Shown here one piece after another: positions 22,288-35,459 of a stretch of DNA of 64,000 nucleotides. A program made the position numbers and the translations under genes. The stretch comes from Heterodontus francisci (Eukaryota). Within the stretch, counting starts at the first letter, position 1. The number at the start of each line of letters is the position of its first letter. Under the pieces are notes generated by a model, which saw nothing but the letters and a program-made list of their open reading frames with translations, was not told the origin of the DNA and did not search any database. The stretch spans positions 30,319,612 to 30,383,611 of the forward strand of contig NC_090394.1 of assembly GCF_036365525.1 (NCBI RefSeq), written 5' to 3'.

Positions 22288-22904
22288 GCAGGCACGCTCA
22301 TCTTAAGAAGTCCCTGCACCCTGGCCCAGCCCTCTACACATCACCAGTCTTGTGACGGATGAGCAGAGACCCTGTGCAAACTCCCAGTGGAAGCCAGGAA
22401 CTTGCAGATCCAGGTCCAGACTTTTTTTCAGACCTCCTGTCACATTCCCAATGAAGTTATAGCAGAAGTTCATTGGAAGAGGCGAGGAATTTCTGCTCCA
22501 CAGTCTTTGTTCCAAAGTCCTGGCACAGGCAGAATGGTCTGAATGGCCTCCTTTTGTGCTGTTTGATTCGATGAAAGCACTACAAATAGCTGGTACTTAA
22601 GCTTTTTGGAGTATTTGGTGTTCTCTTTAGTAACTTTGAACTATAGACCCCTAATGAAAGACTTTACATGGGTCTGAATGCTCATGAAATACCCTAACAT
22701 TATGTATAGTGGAACAGTGAGGTATGTGTCTGTCCTTCGTAGTCAAAGATGACCATGGCACCAACTAGAATTCATCAAGTTTCAGGGGCAATGTGTTTGA
22801 AGATGACTAATCAGTCCAATTTGAGCACGAAGAGATCTTATGCATATTGGACACACAGGTATTATTGGTATGGAAGAGGTGCTTGTGGCTCTGGACTTTT
22901 AAAA

Positions 22905-23970
22905 AATTTGTTTATGGGATGTGGGCATTGCTGGCTAGGCCAGCATTTAGGGAAGGTCATTGATGAAGCAGCTGAAGATGGTTGGGCCTAGGACACTACC
23001 CTGAGGAACTCCTGCAGTGATTTCCTGGGACTAAGATGATTGACCTCCAACAACCACAAACCTCTTCCTTTGTGCTCAGTATGACTCCAACCAGTGGCGA
23101 GTTTTCCCCCCGATTGCCACTGTCTCCAATTTTGCTAGGGCTCCTTGATGCCATACTCGGTCAAATGCTGCCTTGATGTCAAGGGCAGTCACTCTCACCT
23201 CACCTCTGGAAGTCAGCTCTTTTGGCTCTAATGAGGACAGGAGCTGAGTGGTCCTGGTGGAACCCAAACTGAGCATCAGCAAGCAGGCTGAGCAAGTGCC
23301 GCTTGATGGCACTGTTGACTTTGATGATGATTGAGAGTATACTGATAGGGCAGTAATTGGCTGGGTTGGGTTGGACTTATCCTACTTTTTGTGGATAGGA
23401 CATACCTGGGCAATTTTCCACATTGCCAGGTAGATGTCAGTGTTGTAGCTGTACTGGAACAGCTTAGCTAGGGGTGTGGCTAGTTCTGGAGCACAAGTCT
23501 TCAGTATTATTGTGGGAATGTTGTCAGGGGCCAGTATCCAGTGCCTTCAGCCATTTCTTGATATCACATGGAGTGAATCAGATTGGCTGAAGGCTGGCAT
23601 CTGTGATGCTGGAAACCTCTCAGGAGGAAGCAGAGATGGATCATCCACTCGGCACTTTAGGCTGAAGATTGTTGCAAATGCTTCAACCTTATTCTTTGCA
23701 CTGATGTGCTGGGCTCCTCCATCATTGAGGATAGGGATATTTATGGAGCCTCCTCCTCCTGTTAGTTGTTTAATTGTCCACTACCATTCAAGACTGGATG
23801 TGGCAGGACTGCAGAGCTTAGATCTGATCCATTGGTTGTAGGATCGCTTAGCTCTGTCTATCACATGCTGCTTCTGCTGTTATGGCATGCAAATAGTCTT
23901 GTGTCACCAGGCTGACACCTCAGCCTGGTGCTGCTCCTGGCATGCCCTCCTTCACTCTTCATTGAACTTG
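22905..23970 (-). mobile_element. CR1-clade LINE fragments, internally deleted
   Basis: ORF 23076..23312 reads EVRVTALDIKAAFDRVWHQG; 3' end ...GGCCAGCATTTA is shared with 35675, 50450 and 58401. Confidence 0.8.
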
Positions 23971-23999
23971 CAAAGCTCACGTTTCTTGTTGGCAAGTGC

Positions 24000-24480
24000 A
24001 ACTCTGTTCTGTTCGTAGGAGGTGGCGGCTTTGCTGATGAGACTGCACCATACAGAGTGATTCTATGCGAGGTTCTCCCATGTCTTGTGCAATGTTGAAA
24101 CTCTGGCAACATGTCCTGTCTATCTTTTTTGAGCTCTCTGCAGTAGAACGTGGATGCTAGGCATGTTGGTCAGGGAGAGAATCTCAGGATGAGGAGCCTT
24201 ATCTTGCCATCTGATCTTGAGTAGTCTCTGCAAGCAGGTCATGTGAAAGTGGTGTAACTTGTTTGCGTGCCTGGAGTAAACTGTCCATGTCTCACAAGCA
24301 CACAGGAGAGTGGGAAGGACAACCATTCTGTATACCTTCAATCTTGTCCTCTTTGCTCCCAGAGAGCTTTTCATAGCTTACCAAAGGCGCGCTGGCCTTA
24401 GCACTGACTTCACCGTCAACGTGGACTGCTCTGGAGAGGGTGTTGCCGAGATAGGTAAATTTATCTAATGCTTCAAGTCT
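24000..24480 (-). mobile_element. RTE LINE 3' fragment
   Basis: ORF 24120..24374 reads LKVYRMVVLPTLL.ACETWTVY...LLKIRWQDK. Confidence 0.8.
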
Positions 24481-24929
24481 TTGAAATAGGAAGAGGCTGA
24501 AGTACCTAGACTGCCATCCTGGTTATATCCTTCTCATCCCTTTGAAGTCACATTGGTACCAAAGGCAAATTAAAAATGTATGTTGACAATTAATCAAAGC
24601 TGTAAAGCTAAATCAATCTCATAGTCAAAAACTGTAGGAAGTAGGCCATCATTAAACTGCTGGTTGTTAAACTACTAAACAATACTTCATATGAGTAGCT
24701 GGCTGTTTGTCCTCTATCACTTGTTTGATTAATCACCAGATCAGACAACTTGGTCTGGTTGTTGCAGATATGTCTTCAGCATCAGTGTATAGACAATAGG
24801 ATGAGAAGGCTTTCATCTCTAGTCTACAGTAATTCATAGATCCTTATATGTAATTAGAGGCATCAGAAAAGAAAGAAACCCATATAGTTCAGGGAAACTT
24901 GCATTGAAAAATCCTCATTTCTATAAGAG

Positions 24930-25112
24930 GAGTTGAGGAGTTCTCCAATATTGATCCCTCAACTAACATCACTAAAAACAGATTATCTGGTCCTTATCAC
25001 ATTGCTGCATATTACAACAGTGACCACGCTTCAGAACTTCATTGGCTGTAAAAGCGCTTTGGGATGCTCTGAAGTTGTGAAAGGCGCTATGCAAGTGCAA
25101 GACTTTCTTTTG
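24930..25112 (+). mobile_element. DeuSINE 3' fragment
   Basis: CAGATTATCTGGTC.TTATCACATTG...GAAAGGCGCTAT. Confidence 0.7.
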
Positions 25113-25579
25113 AATCTTAGGACCAACATTCACTGGTACATTTTGCTCTGTGTCTCTGATTCATAAAATGCCACAGATTGGGTAAACCAACAAATCTATT
25201 ATTTTCTGTGTCATGCCCAGCATCACCCTGCCCAGTACATGGCAATGAAGGTAACGTTACTGAGCTACCACAATAGCCTAGTGCATGCACTGCCCAGTCT
25301 ATCACCTGACCAGGAAATCCCAGTACACATCCTGAGTAGGGAATAGACTGATTCACTCTGTATGTGAGTGGGTAACATTATGGGTGGTAACCTCCTCGTT
25401 ATTGAGATGGAAGCACTAATTCTCAGGGTGGGGGGGAGGGGGCTCCTTATTTATCCATGGGTCCTTTAAACTACCATGCACTATCTTCAGGCACCCCGTG
25501 TCAATAACGTACCAAGGCCCAAGCTCAGTCAAGTGATCCTACTTCACCTAGGTGAGAATTTCCATTTCCTGTAAGCATC

Positions 25580-25995
25580 GAAAATAGGAGCAGGAGTAGG
25601 CCATTCATTATGATGATGGCTGATCATCCAACTCATTAGCCTGTTCCCACTTTCGCCCCTTATTCTTTGATCCCTTTTGACCCAAGAGCTATATCTAACT
25701 CCTTGAAAACATACAATGTTTTGGTCTCAACTGCTTTCTGTGGTAGCGAATTCCACAGGCTCATCACTTTCTGGGTGAAGAAATTTCTCCTCATCTCAGT
25801 CCTGAAAGGTTTACCTCGTATCCTTAGACTATGACCCCTGGTTCTGGGCTCCCCCACCATCGGGAACATCCTTCCTGCATCTATCCTGTCAAGTCCTGTT
25901 AGAATTTTATAGGTTTCTATGAGATCCCCACTCACTCTTCTGAACTCCAGCGAATATAATCCTAACCGACTCAATCTCTCCTCATATGTCAGTAC
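25580..25995 (-). mobile_element. CR1 LINE 3' end
   Basis: ORF 25660..26058 reads YEERLSRLGLYSLEFRR.SGDLIETYKI. Confidence 0.9.
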
Positions 25996-26592
25996 CAGAC
26001 TATGAGGCCAGTTTGAGTGAGACTTCCAGTGTAATACCAAACTACAGCCAAGTGCCATGCTGTAGTCTCACACCACTGAAGATATAGATTTAGATTGCCC
26101 CAAGGGTGGAGTAAAACCCAGCTGAGGAGACGAGAGGGCAGTTGGTAAACTATTCCTTTGCATTACCTAGTCACCATCAATTTGCCTTAAAAAGGTGGGT
26201 AGCTTTGTGATGTGCCTGGTGAGTGGGTTGTAGTTAGAGACTGAGAGGTAGATGTTGACTTTGTGTGATGGGGTGATGGTGAGCCGTAAGCTTATTTTAC
26301 ATCTGTCATGTTTTTTATTTCCATTGAAGTCATACCCGTGAGTTTTTATTAATGTTGAGCTGTTTTTGCTGTTTGAGAACACAAAGCTCAATTTGTCGCC
26401 TGTGTAACACAAATGTCAAAACTTGTTTAGAAACACCTTCTTTGGTTTCAATCATCTTTGAAACTAATAATTGGCAAACCAAATTAATGCATGTGTACTG
26501 TGTGTGCTAATGTATTTGTAATGTGTACATGTCTGTGTATATTATGATGGATGCAATGCATGTACTATGTTTTAAAGTATTTGTATAAGTAT

Positions 26593-27310
26593 TCTTCTTC
26601 TTTTGGGCCTCCTTATCTCGAGAGACAATGGATACGCGCCTGGAGGTGGTCAGTGGTTTGTGAAGCAGCGCCTGGAGTGGCTATAAAGGCCAATTCTGGA
26701 GTGACAGGCTCTTCCACAGGTGCTGCAGAGAAATTTGTTTGTTGGGGCTGTTGCACAGTTGGCTCTCCCCTTGCGCCTCTGTCTTTTTTCCTGCCAACTA
26801 CTAAGTCTCTTCGACTCGCCACAATTTAGCCCTGTCTTTATGGCTGCCCGCCAGCTCTGGCGAATGCTGGCAACTGACTCCCACGACTTGTGATCAATGT
26901 CACACGATTTCATGTCACGTTTGCAGACGTCTTTATAACGGAGACATGGACGGCCGGTGGGTCTGATACCAGTGGCGAGCTCGCTGTACAATGTGTCTTT
27001 GGGGATCCTGCCATCTTCCATGCGGCTCACATGGCCAAGCCATCTCAAGCGCCGCTGACTCAGTAGTGTGTATAAGCTGGGGGTGTTGGCCGCTTCAAGG
27101 ACTTCTGTGTTGGAGATATAGTCCTGCCACCTGATGCCAAGTATTCTCCGAAGGCAGCGAAGATGGAATGAATTGAGACGTCGCTCTTGGCTGGCATACG
27201 TTGTCCAGGCCTCGCTGCCGTAGAGCAAGGTACTGAGGACACAGGCCTGATACACTCGGACTTTTGTGTTCCGTGTCAGTGCGCCATTTTCCCACACTCT
27301 CTTGGCCACA
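26593..27310 (-). mobile_element. Young RTE LINE 3' fragment
   Basis: Uninterrupted 219-aa C-terminus (26650..27309); (GAA)n tail; 10-bp TSD GTATAAGTAT at 26583-26592 and 27311-27320. Confidence 0.93.
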
Positions 27311-27784
27311 GTATAAGTATACTGTGTACATTAATGGAGTACACTTGGCCAAGTGTTGCACATCTCTTCAGGTGTTTCTCTTCAATATACTTTGCAATGT
27401 ACTACAGTATGAATAGTACAGTGAAATATTAACTTCAGTAATTTTAACAGCAAAGTCCTCAGTTAATCTTTGGAACAGTGAGTATTTGTACTTTTAGGTA
27501 TGATTGTATGTAAACTAGCAACAGATCCCTGATGCAGTCTCTTTATTCCAAACGAACCATTTGCCAGCAATTATTTAGTACTTTTCAAATGTTCTCATTG
27601 AGTGGAATGACTGTTTAGTCACCTGGTGATGAGCTCCATTCTTATCACTCAAGCAAAAAACAATGGTACTGAGCAGCCTCTGAACCTGACTTGAAATTCA
27701 TGTGCTAAAGTCCATGACTAAACTCAATGGAGCTTATTTTCAGAAGCCAACATGCTCCAAAATAGCAAATAACCAAAATTAAAT

Positions 27785-28260
27785 CTCAAAGTCTCAGATG
27801 CTGTAAGTCTGAAATAGAAAATGCTACAAAAACTCAGCAGGTCAGGTAGCATCAGTGGAGAGACAAACTGATTTAATGTTTCAGATCAATCTGACCTGGA
27901 AAAAGAGGTTTAACAGTTTGTAAGCAAATACGGAACCAGGAAAAAGGAGGAGAAGGGAATAGTAATGATCAAAAAAGGTCTGTGATGTTGTAGAAGGCAG
28001 GAGTGATTACAGGACAAAAGGGCTGATGGAGCAAGGCAAAAGATGCTGGTATTGGGACAAGTGAGTTTAGAGGAATAAATGGTTACAGAATGTTCGAATG
28101 AAAATTAGCAGTGGTTAAGATCTAAAGCTTTTAAACTTAATGTTGAAGCTGAAATTGTAAAGTGCCTCATTCAAAGATCAGGTGCTGACCCTCAAGCTTG
28201 CATTGAACTTCATCGGAACACTAAGAGGCTGAGGACAGAGTTCAGGGATGGGGAATTAAA
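27785..28260 (-). mobile_element. Old Penelope 3' fragment
   Basis: Degenerate terminus (CTCAGCAGGTCAGG.AGCATC) and GIY-YIG end (CTCAAGCTTGCATTGA..TTCA). Confidence 0.6.
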
Positions 28261-28934
28261 ATTTAAATATCTCCTGATTTACATGTGGAGGAAGGTCATT
28301 GAAAACATGGGGAACAAATCAACAGATTAAAACTCCTAAGAAGCCAAATCCTTACCCCTTAGGCTAATTGCAACTTTCTGGTATTGTGACTGTAAAATCA
28401 AAGCTTTAAATATATTGTTATGACTTCTTTACTCACATAGCAACAGTGACTGAAGTTCAAAGTCATTTGTTGTATGAAAGGTGCCTTGTGGTGTTTGAGA
28501 GATGTAATAAGGGAACACAGAAATACAAGCCCATCATTTATTTTCCCAAAGAGGCAATCCCCAACCTGCAACTTAATTTGAGTTGTCAGACAAACTAATG
28601 CTCTCTTCTTCCATCTCAGCCCCTCCTTTAAACAATGATGGTGAATATACTAAACGTTAGAGATATCGAGGGACAAAGCATTTTAAAATCAAGGTGTTGC
28701 TGGACCAAAACCCAATATCGGTGCATGAGCACAGGGGCCTTGTTTTCTCCAGCAACTTGCATAGAACTTACAACACAGAAACAGGACATTCAGCCCAACA
28801 GGTCTAAACTAGGATACCACTGTTTAAGCTCCATCAAGCACCCTCCTACATTACTTCATCTAATCCTTCACTAAGCAATTTGTTAGCTTGTCTAGGTAAT
28901 TGAGGAATACCTTAAACCCAATGTCTTGGAAAAC

Positions 28935-29225
28935 CTGTGACCTCTACCACCTAGAAGGATAAGGGCAACGTGCACATGGGAACACTACCACCTCCAAGTT
29001 CCCTTTCATGTTGCATACCATCTCAACTTTGAAATATGTTGCAATTCCTTTGTTATCACTGGGTTAAAATCCTGGAACTGCTACCCTAACAGCACTGTGG
29101 GAGTACCTTCACACAGACTGCACTGGTTCAAGAACGTGGCACCACCACCACCTTCTTGAGGGCAATTAGAAATGGACAATAACTGCTGGGCTTGCCAGCG
29201 ATTCCCATATCCCATGAATGAATAT
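28935..29225 (+). mobile_element. CR1-clade 3' end
   Basis: CACCACCACCTTCTTGAGGGCAATTAG...CCCATGAATGAAT tail. Confidence 0.75.
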
Positions 29226-29846
29226 ATTTTTAAAAATAGTCCTTTGAGCCCCACCTGCCTGTGAAGAGAACCATAAATAAAGGTGTTTTACAACAGGAGG
29301 AACTGTGAAAGCAGTCAGGCTTTTACATGGAGAGCTGCCAAAACTTTTAGTCAGGCTCAGAAATTCTGGAGACCAGAAGACAATTTAGCTCAAGCCACAT
29401 AAAACAATCCACTGATGTGGGGAAGTGTGGCACTACTCCATTTTGTATTATGAAGTGAAGATGATTGAATTAAGTAAATCTGACCATAACTGTTGCTCCA
29501 CTTCTCCTGTGTCCCTGTAAATCTGGCAGAAACCTGTTTGTATGTAAATGGGATTTCTTACTAAGTTATGGCTCTAAGTGGGAGAACCCCTAAGGAATTC
29601 TACCCTCGTTAATTATTAAGCACAGAAACCGATCCTTTCCTCAATTAACTCCATGCAAGTGTTGTCTAATCCCACTTTCCTGCTCACTGTGCCCTTCGAT
29701 ATTTCCTTTTTCAAGCAATTTTTGAATTCTATTTTAAAATAATTGATGGACCTTTCTTCAATGTTTTGTACAGAATTTCAATTTCTAACCAGCCTCTGTA
29801 TAAAGAATATTTTATTAACCCCCTTTTTCTGACCCCTTGATCCAGG

Positions 29847-30339
29847 TAGGGTTGCCAACCCACTTGGATTGCCCTAGTCTCCAGAAATTAAGATTAATCT
29901 CCAAGATGCTGCTTTGAGCAACCCAGATGAAAAATTATTGGGGATTAACAAATATTATACTTTTTCACTTTTGCTTATTTATAAAAATATTGAAGGTGGG
30001 ATCAAAGACTATTTGATAGTCAAGAATCATCAAATTGAGTTACGAACAGTCTGCTCACATTCCAATAATAAAAGCAAAATACTGTAGATGTTGGCAGTCT
30101 GAAATAAAAACAGAAAGTGCTGGAAATACTCAGCAGGTCTGGCAGCATCTGTGGCGAGTGGGAGAAAAAGTTTCTCTCTCCGTCAGACCTGCTGTGTATT
30201 TCCCGCACTTTCTGTTTTTATTTCTGTTCACGTTCCAGTTGGTGGGAAAAGGAAGTGAGCTGTGAGAGTGGATGTGTTGGGTAACCAATGGAGGGAGCAA
30301 TTAACTCAGGAATGTGTCCAAATAAAGTTGGCAACTGTA
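29847..30339. mobile_element. hAT-type MITE (Blackjack-like termini)
   Basis: TIRs TAGGGTTGCCAAC / GTTGGCAACTGTA; perfect 8-bp TSD GATCCAGG at 29839-29846 and 30340-30347. Confidence 0.8.
30065..30223. mobile_element. Fold-back mini-element made of two inverted Penelope termini
   Basis: GAAATAAAAACAGAAAGTG...CAGCAGGTCTG pairs with CAGACCTGCTG...CACTTTCTGTTTTTATTTC; 14-bp imperfect TSD at 30051-30064 and 30224-30237. Confidence 0.75.
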
Positions 30340-30638
30340 GATCCAGGGCAGCCTCAGAACCCATGGGGATAGAGAGGGGGAAACCAGCCAAAGGTCCAGA
30401 TGCTGCTAGCTGTCCAGATGACCCTTCCTGGAAAGTGGGCATGTGTGGAGATAGAGTAATAAGGGGATTGGATAACTAGTGAAGTCCTCCATGATCAGAA
30501 AGCCTGTCAGCGCTCTCAATCTGGGCTGATCACACCTAAAGATGGTCAGTTCCAGAGCTGATGATGGCAATGTCGCAGGACCCCTCCAAATGTAAGGGAG
30601 GAAGAGAAAATTGGGAGAGTTGTCAGGGCGGCAGAGTG

Positions 30639-30666
30639 GTGTGTGTGTGTGTGTGTGTGTGTGTGT
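30639..30666. repeat. (GT)14 microsatellite
   Basis: Seen directly. Confidence 0.95.
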
Positions 30667-31200
30667 AAGGACACTGGAGGGAAGCATGTTTTTTTTTAAA
30701 AGCCTGAAGTTTCCCTTGTTTAAATCCCCAAAACCAAATGGGAAGTCAAATCTCATGCAAACTGCAGTAATGCACACAAGCCTTGCCATGAGGGAGTTGC
30801 ACACTGGCTGTTGTCTTTTGCTATAAGCTGTTTATGTTTTCTCAATTTTTGTTTCCCTCCCAAAGGACTTGAACCCTTGATCACAGGGAATGGAATATTA
30901 TTTTTAGTGCCAAGGCAAGTGATAATTCACTCAGATGAAAAATAACTACACAGCATTACTTTCCCATTGGGTGGGATCCCAACTTAAATTATAGTACAGC
31001 ACAGTAAACCAGCCAAATGTTTTCAACACAATTTTTACTATATATACCAGTCAATCTTTCCTAGTATTGCACATGAGAAATCGAGACAAAGCACAATCCT
31101 AAACTGAATGGGTTGGGAGTTTAACAGTTAGAGGGTAGGTGATATTTGGAGCAGGACACATTGTATTTCGGTCCCCATTTTAAAGTCGTACATTTGGCTC

Positions 31201-31317
31201 CTTCTTCTTCTTTGGCCTCCTTGTCTCGAGAGACAATGGGTAAGCGCCTAGAGGTGGTCAGTGGTGTCAGTCGCTGTGAGGCAACTATGGAGTGACCTCT
31301 CCATGGCGCATGCCTGG
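31201..31317 (-). mobile_element. Bipartite non-autonomous RTE derivative (5' UTR piece joined to 3' end)
   Basis: 31201-31265 matches the RTE 3' end (20465-20527); 31266-31317 matches the RTE 5' UTR (about 17028-17073). Confidence 0.8.
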
Positions 31318-31381
31318 TGTATAGTCTCCACTACTTATAGTTGTTTGACTGCTATGTGAAGTGGACCCTAATAGGTTATAT

Positions 31382-31840
31382 GTGTCAGTCGTGGTTTGAG
31401 GGGTTGGGGTTCTTGTCTCTGAGCCAGAAGGTTGTGGGTTTGAGACCGAATCCAGGACCTGAGCACAAAAATCTAAAAAAAAAACTGACACTCTTGTGCT
31501 ACACAGTTGGAAGTGCTGTCTTTCAGATGAGACGAAACCAAGGCCCCATCTGCCCTTTCAGATAGATGTAAAAGATATTATGGGTAAATGTTTTGAAGAA
31601 GAGCAGGGGAGTTATTCCCGGAGTCCTGGCTAATATTTATCCCTCAATTAATATCACTAAAGAATAGATTATTTAACCGTTATCACATTGCTATTTGTGG
31701 GAGGTTGCTGTGTGCAAATTGGCTGCCACATTTCCTATGTTGCAATCAATGACTGCACATCAAAAATACTTCATTGGTTGTAAAGCGGTTTGGGTCATCC
31801 TTTGATCGTGAAAGGCGCTATATAAATGCAAGTCTTTTTT
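31382..31840 (+). mobile_element. DeuSINE, full length
   Basis: Same head, Deu core and tail as 10908-11370. Confidence 0.85.
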
Positions 31841-31989
31841 AATAGGTTGCTTCATGCTGAGGGCTAAATAACAGACTATAAGTGGCCAAGGTAAATGCAC
31901 CTTAATGAGGTGCAAAGAGCTGCTGGAAGACTTTGTCTGAAATCAACAGGGCTTTTAAATCAAGATGAAATAATTAACGTAAGCGCACT

Positions 31990-32892
31990 TGTCGTGCAGA
32001 CCCCTCATCTGCCAAGAATGAGGCATATTAATTTTGTCATATGAACATTGATTTTAAACTGTTGCTGGAGCAAGGAAATGACTTGTTAAACAGATCAGCT
32101 GTGACTGGAAAAAATCATTTGCATTCTAACAGCCAGTGCTTGGAGGGACAAAGGGGCTATTCCCTGCTCCAATTTAACCCACAATGGATTTTGAGCACCA
32201 GGTACTGTGTGTAAGAAGAGACATTCCAGGGTTGGCCATGACAAGAGAATCCACAAACAGACATGGTCAGACCAGCTAGTCACATGACTAACCTGCTTGG
32301 CAACCTACGTTTTTCTGAATTGTGCAAAGAGTTTGAACTCGGAAAAAGACTGTTTGCTCCTAGAGTGAGAAGACCTCTCCTGTCCACTCCCATGTCTTTC
32401 TCACAAGCCTCTGGATCCACCAAGGACACATGAACTTCAATAGAGAAAAGTCTCCTACATCGAACAAGGTTTAAGAAGAATACTGGGCCCCAACGAAAAA
32501 CAAGACCTACCTACAATAAAAGACTTTATAACGAGCGAAGAACAGTAACCAAAACCAGCTTCAGGTATTGCCTCAAACTTTTCCACTTTATTTCTTCTCT
32601 TTTCTGTCTCTATCTGCATGTCTGTATCGCGTATACATGCTAGCGTGGGCGCATCGTGTATTCATAGGCGTTAACTGAATTAGAGTTTAAGTTTAATAAA
32701 GTTCAACTTTTTTTCTTTAAACTTAAGAAAACCTGTTTGGCTAGTTTCTTTGCCTTATAATTGGAAGTTAGTGAACAAGGATTCACTAAGGGGGAGCTAA
32801 AAAAAACAGTGTTTAAAATTAAACCCTCTTACAGTAAGACCAGGTGAAGGCTGAGAGGGAACCCTAGACCCCTTTCTCACCTGGTTGTAACA
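31990..32892 (+). mobile_element. Solo LTR (family A)
   Basis: TGTCGT...GGTTGTAACA; flanks CACT/CTCT; AATAAA at 32695; colinear with 4107-4932. Confidence 0.85.
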
Positions 32893-33299
32893 CTCTTTAA
32901 CGAGGTGCTTCGAGCTTATTGAACGGCTGAATCTGCCCGAAATAGCCAGCATGTTCAATGCGTTGTGAGTGGTGCCTTGCCTAGTGTAGATGGTTGCCCA
33001 CCATAAGTCAGGTGGTGGGGTGTGTAACAATTTGGCAAAACTTGCAGTCATTTGGGAAGCAGAGTTGGTGCAACATATGCGTTTCTCTAGCAGTTCAGGC
33101 TAAGGAGCTGGAAGACGCAAGACTGAGGGGCAACAGTGCCACAAGTTTACATAAGTGTGGACATAGGAGTTTATAATGGAAAAAGTTGGTACATGAAGTA
33201 TGTGAAAATGTAAGATTTCTAATGTGCTACAGATATAAAATTATTGGAAATCAATGTTATTTTCAGTAAACTTTTAAGTAATGACATGACGATTGGTAA

Positions 33300-33595
33300 T
33301 CAGTATGCAGTGCTGTTCCGAGCCATACCCTGGTTTGATTTTTCGGCTGTGCTGAGTTAACTGATCGAAGTCAAGTCAGCCAATTAGGGCACTAGACCTT
33401 CTCCTGGCATCCTGGTTTAGGGAGAGGGAAAAATCATCCCAACTATCCTTTTCCTGTTATCCAGTCACTCCTGGGAGACAGTGAGTGCATGTGAGCAATG
33501 GGTGATGCCAGGATTGGGGTCAACTCCCCATAATTGAAAACCTATTGACAGTCACTGTCTGATCTCGCTTGTGAGGAGTGGTTAATTGAGACTTG
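33300..33595 (+). mobile_element. LF-SINE-like, degenerate (a second inverted piece at about 33800-33955)
   Basis: CTGTGCTGAGTTAACTGAT...GGTTTAGGGAGAGGGAAAAATCA...TATCCAGT.ACTCCTG. Confidence 0.55.
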
Positions 33596-34042
33596 GTGGG
33601 GGTGGAGATGGGGATAGTGGATGGAGATGGAAGGTGAAGGAAGTCACTGCACGTTTATAGCATGGAGCTCGTTGACCGTCACTGCAGAAAATCTCAACTC
33701 AAAATGAATTAAACCTGGTCACTAACCATGTGTGAATCTAGACATTAAACATTAGAACCGAGCCCATTCTTGTCAGTCATTATCTACCTGCCCATAGATA
33801 GCATTCAGGTTGGAAGCACCCAGCTGAATTTCCCCCCTCCTGGGTTACAGTGGCACAGAGCGTAGTACTAATCCAGAACTGATCACAGATTGAACGTGGG
33901 ACCTTCATAGTATGTATGGCTCAGTTCTGCACTGTGAAGGGCCTGTACTGAACTATGAATAAAACCGTTGGCCTGATATCTTTGTTGTCTTCGCTTTGTC
34001 CTTCTCCCTATCTGTGAGGTGGTTGTTACTGTAGAATCAACA

Positions 34043-34225
34043 TTGAGGTGTCAGAGGGAGCAAATAAACCTCCAAACTACTCATCTATCTGAGCCTTCAA
34101 GCACCACCTGCCCCTCATGTGGCAGAGTCTGCAGATCACGCATTGGACTTATCAACCATCTCAGAATCCATCGAGCGAGTGGAAGCAAGTTCTCCTCGAT
34201 CCCGAGGGACTGCCCAAGAAGAAGG
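34043..34225 (+). mobile_element. RTE 3'-end insert
   Basis: CPSCGRVCRSRIGLINHLRIH zinc finger, AAGAAG tail, 10-bp TSD AGAATCAACA at 34033-34042 and 34226-34235. Confidence 0.85.
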
Positions 34226-34384
34226 AGAATCAACACACAATTCTCAGCTTGGAAGCTGCATCCAACAGACATTTTCATGTGTTTTTCCTTTGAAGTAAAT
34301 GCTAAAATTCCTGATTTTTGTCCTTTTCCAGGAGGACAGAGTCAAGGTACAGATCAGCCACAATCTAACAGAATAAGAATATAA

Positions 34385-35090
34385 ATATATTCCTACTATA
34401 AAGAGAAATTCTAAGGGGAGGAACCACCATTCATGGTTAACTAAAGAAGTTAAGAAAAGCATCAAACTTAAGGAAAAAGCATATAATTGCGCAAAGATGA
34501 GTGGCAGGTCAGATAATTGGTCAGAATATAAAGGCAGAGAATGACTAAAAGGTTAATCGGGAGAAAGAAATTAGAGTGTGAGAGGAAGATAGCTAGAAAC
34601 GTAAAAATGGATAACAAGAGTTTCTGCAGGTATTTAAAAAGGAAAAAAGTAAGTAAAGTGAGTGTTGGTCCTCTAGAGAGTGAGAATGGGGAGTTAATAG
34701 TAGATAATAAGGAAATGGTGAATGAAATTAACAAATATTTTGCTTCTGTCTTCACTGTAGAAGATGCAAAAAACATGCCAGTAAAAGCTGTAAATCAGGA
34801 GGTGGAAGGGAGAGAGGAACTTGGTGAAATTACAATCACCAGGGAAGCGGTACTGAGCAAACTGATGGAGCTGTGGGCTGCCAAGTCCCAGGGTCCTGAT
34901 GGACTTCATCCTAGGGTCTTAAAAGAGGTGGCTAATGAGGTAGTAGATGCGTTGGTGTTAATTTTTCAAAATTTTCTAGATTCTGGAAAGGCTCACGGGG
35001 CTGAATGGCCTACCTCTGCTCCTAATTCGTATGCTCGTATGAATGGCAGAGCAATCTTGAAGGGCTGAGTGACCTACTCCTGTTCCTAGG
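34385..35090 (+). mobile_element. CR1 ORF2 middle fragment joined to CR1 tails
   Basis: ORF 34541..35068 reads INKYFASVFT...GPDGLHPRVLKE, followed by GGGCTGAATGGCCTAC tail motifs. Confidence 0.85.
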
Positions 35091-35459
35091 GAGAGTCTAT
35101 AGATCCATGAATCTTCTTGACCATCAGTCAATGCTGCACTTTGACCTGCCAGCAGAAGACACATAGGAACTTGGTTCCATATCCCTTAATACTCTTGCCC
35201 AACAAAAATCTATCAAACTCAGTTTTTAAATTTTCAGTTGGCCTCCAACCTCAACAGCTTTTTGGGGAGAGTGTTCCAGATTTCCACTACCCTTTGTTGG
35301 AAGAAGTGATTCCTAACATCACCCCTGAATGGCCGATCTCTAATTTTAAGGTTATGCCCCTTGTTCTGGACTCCCCGACTAGAGGAAATAGGGTGGATAG
35401 AGGGAAACTATCAACTACTTTAATCATTTTGAACATCTCAATTAGAGGAACAACTTTCA

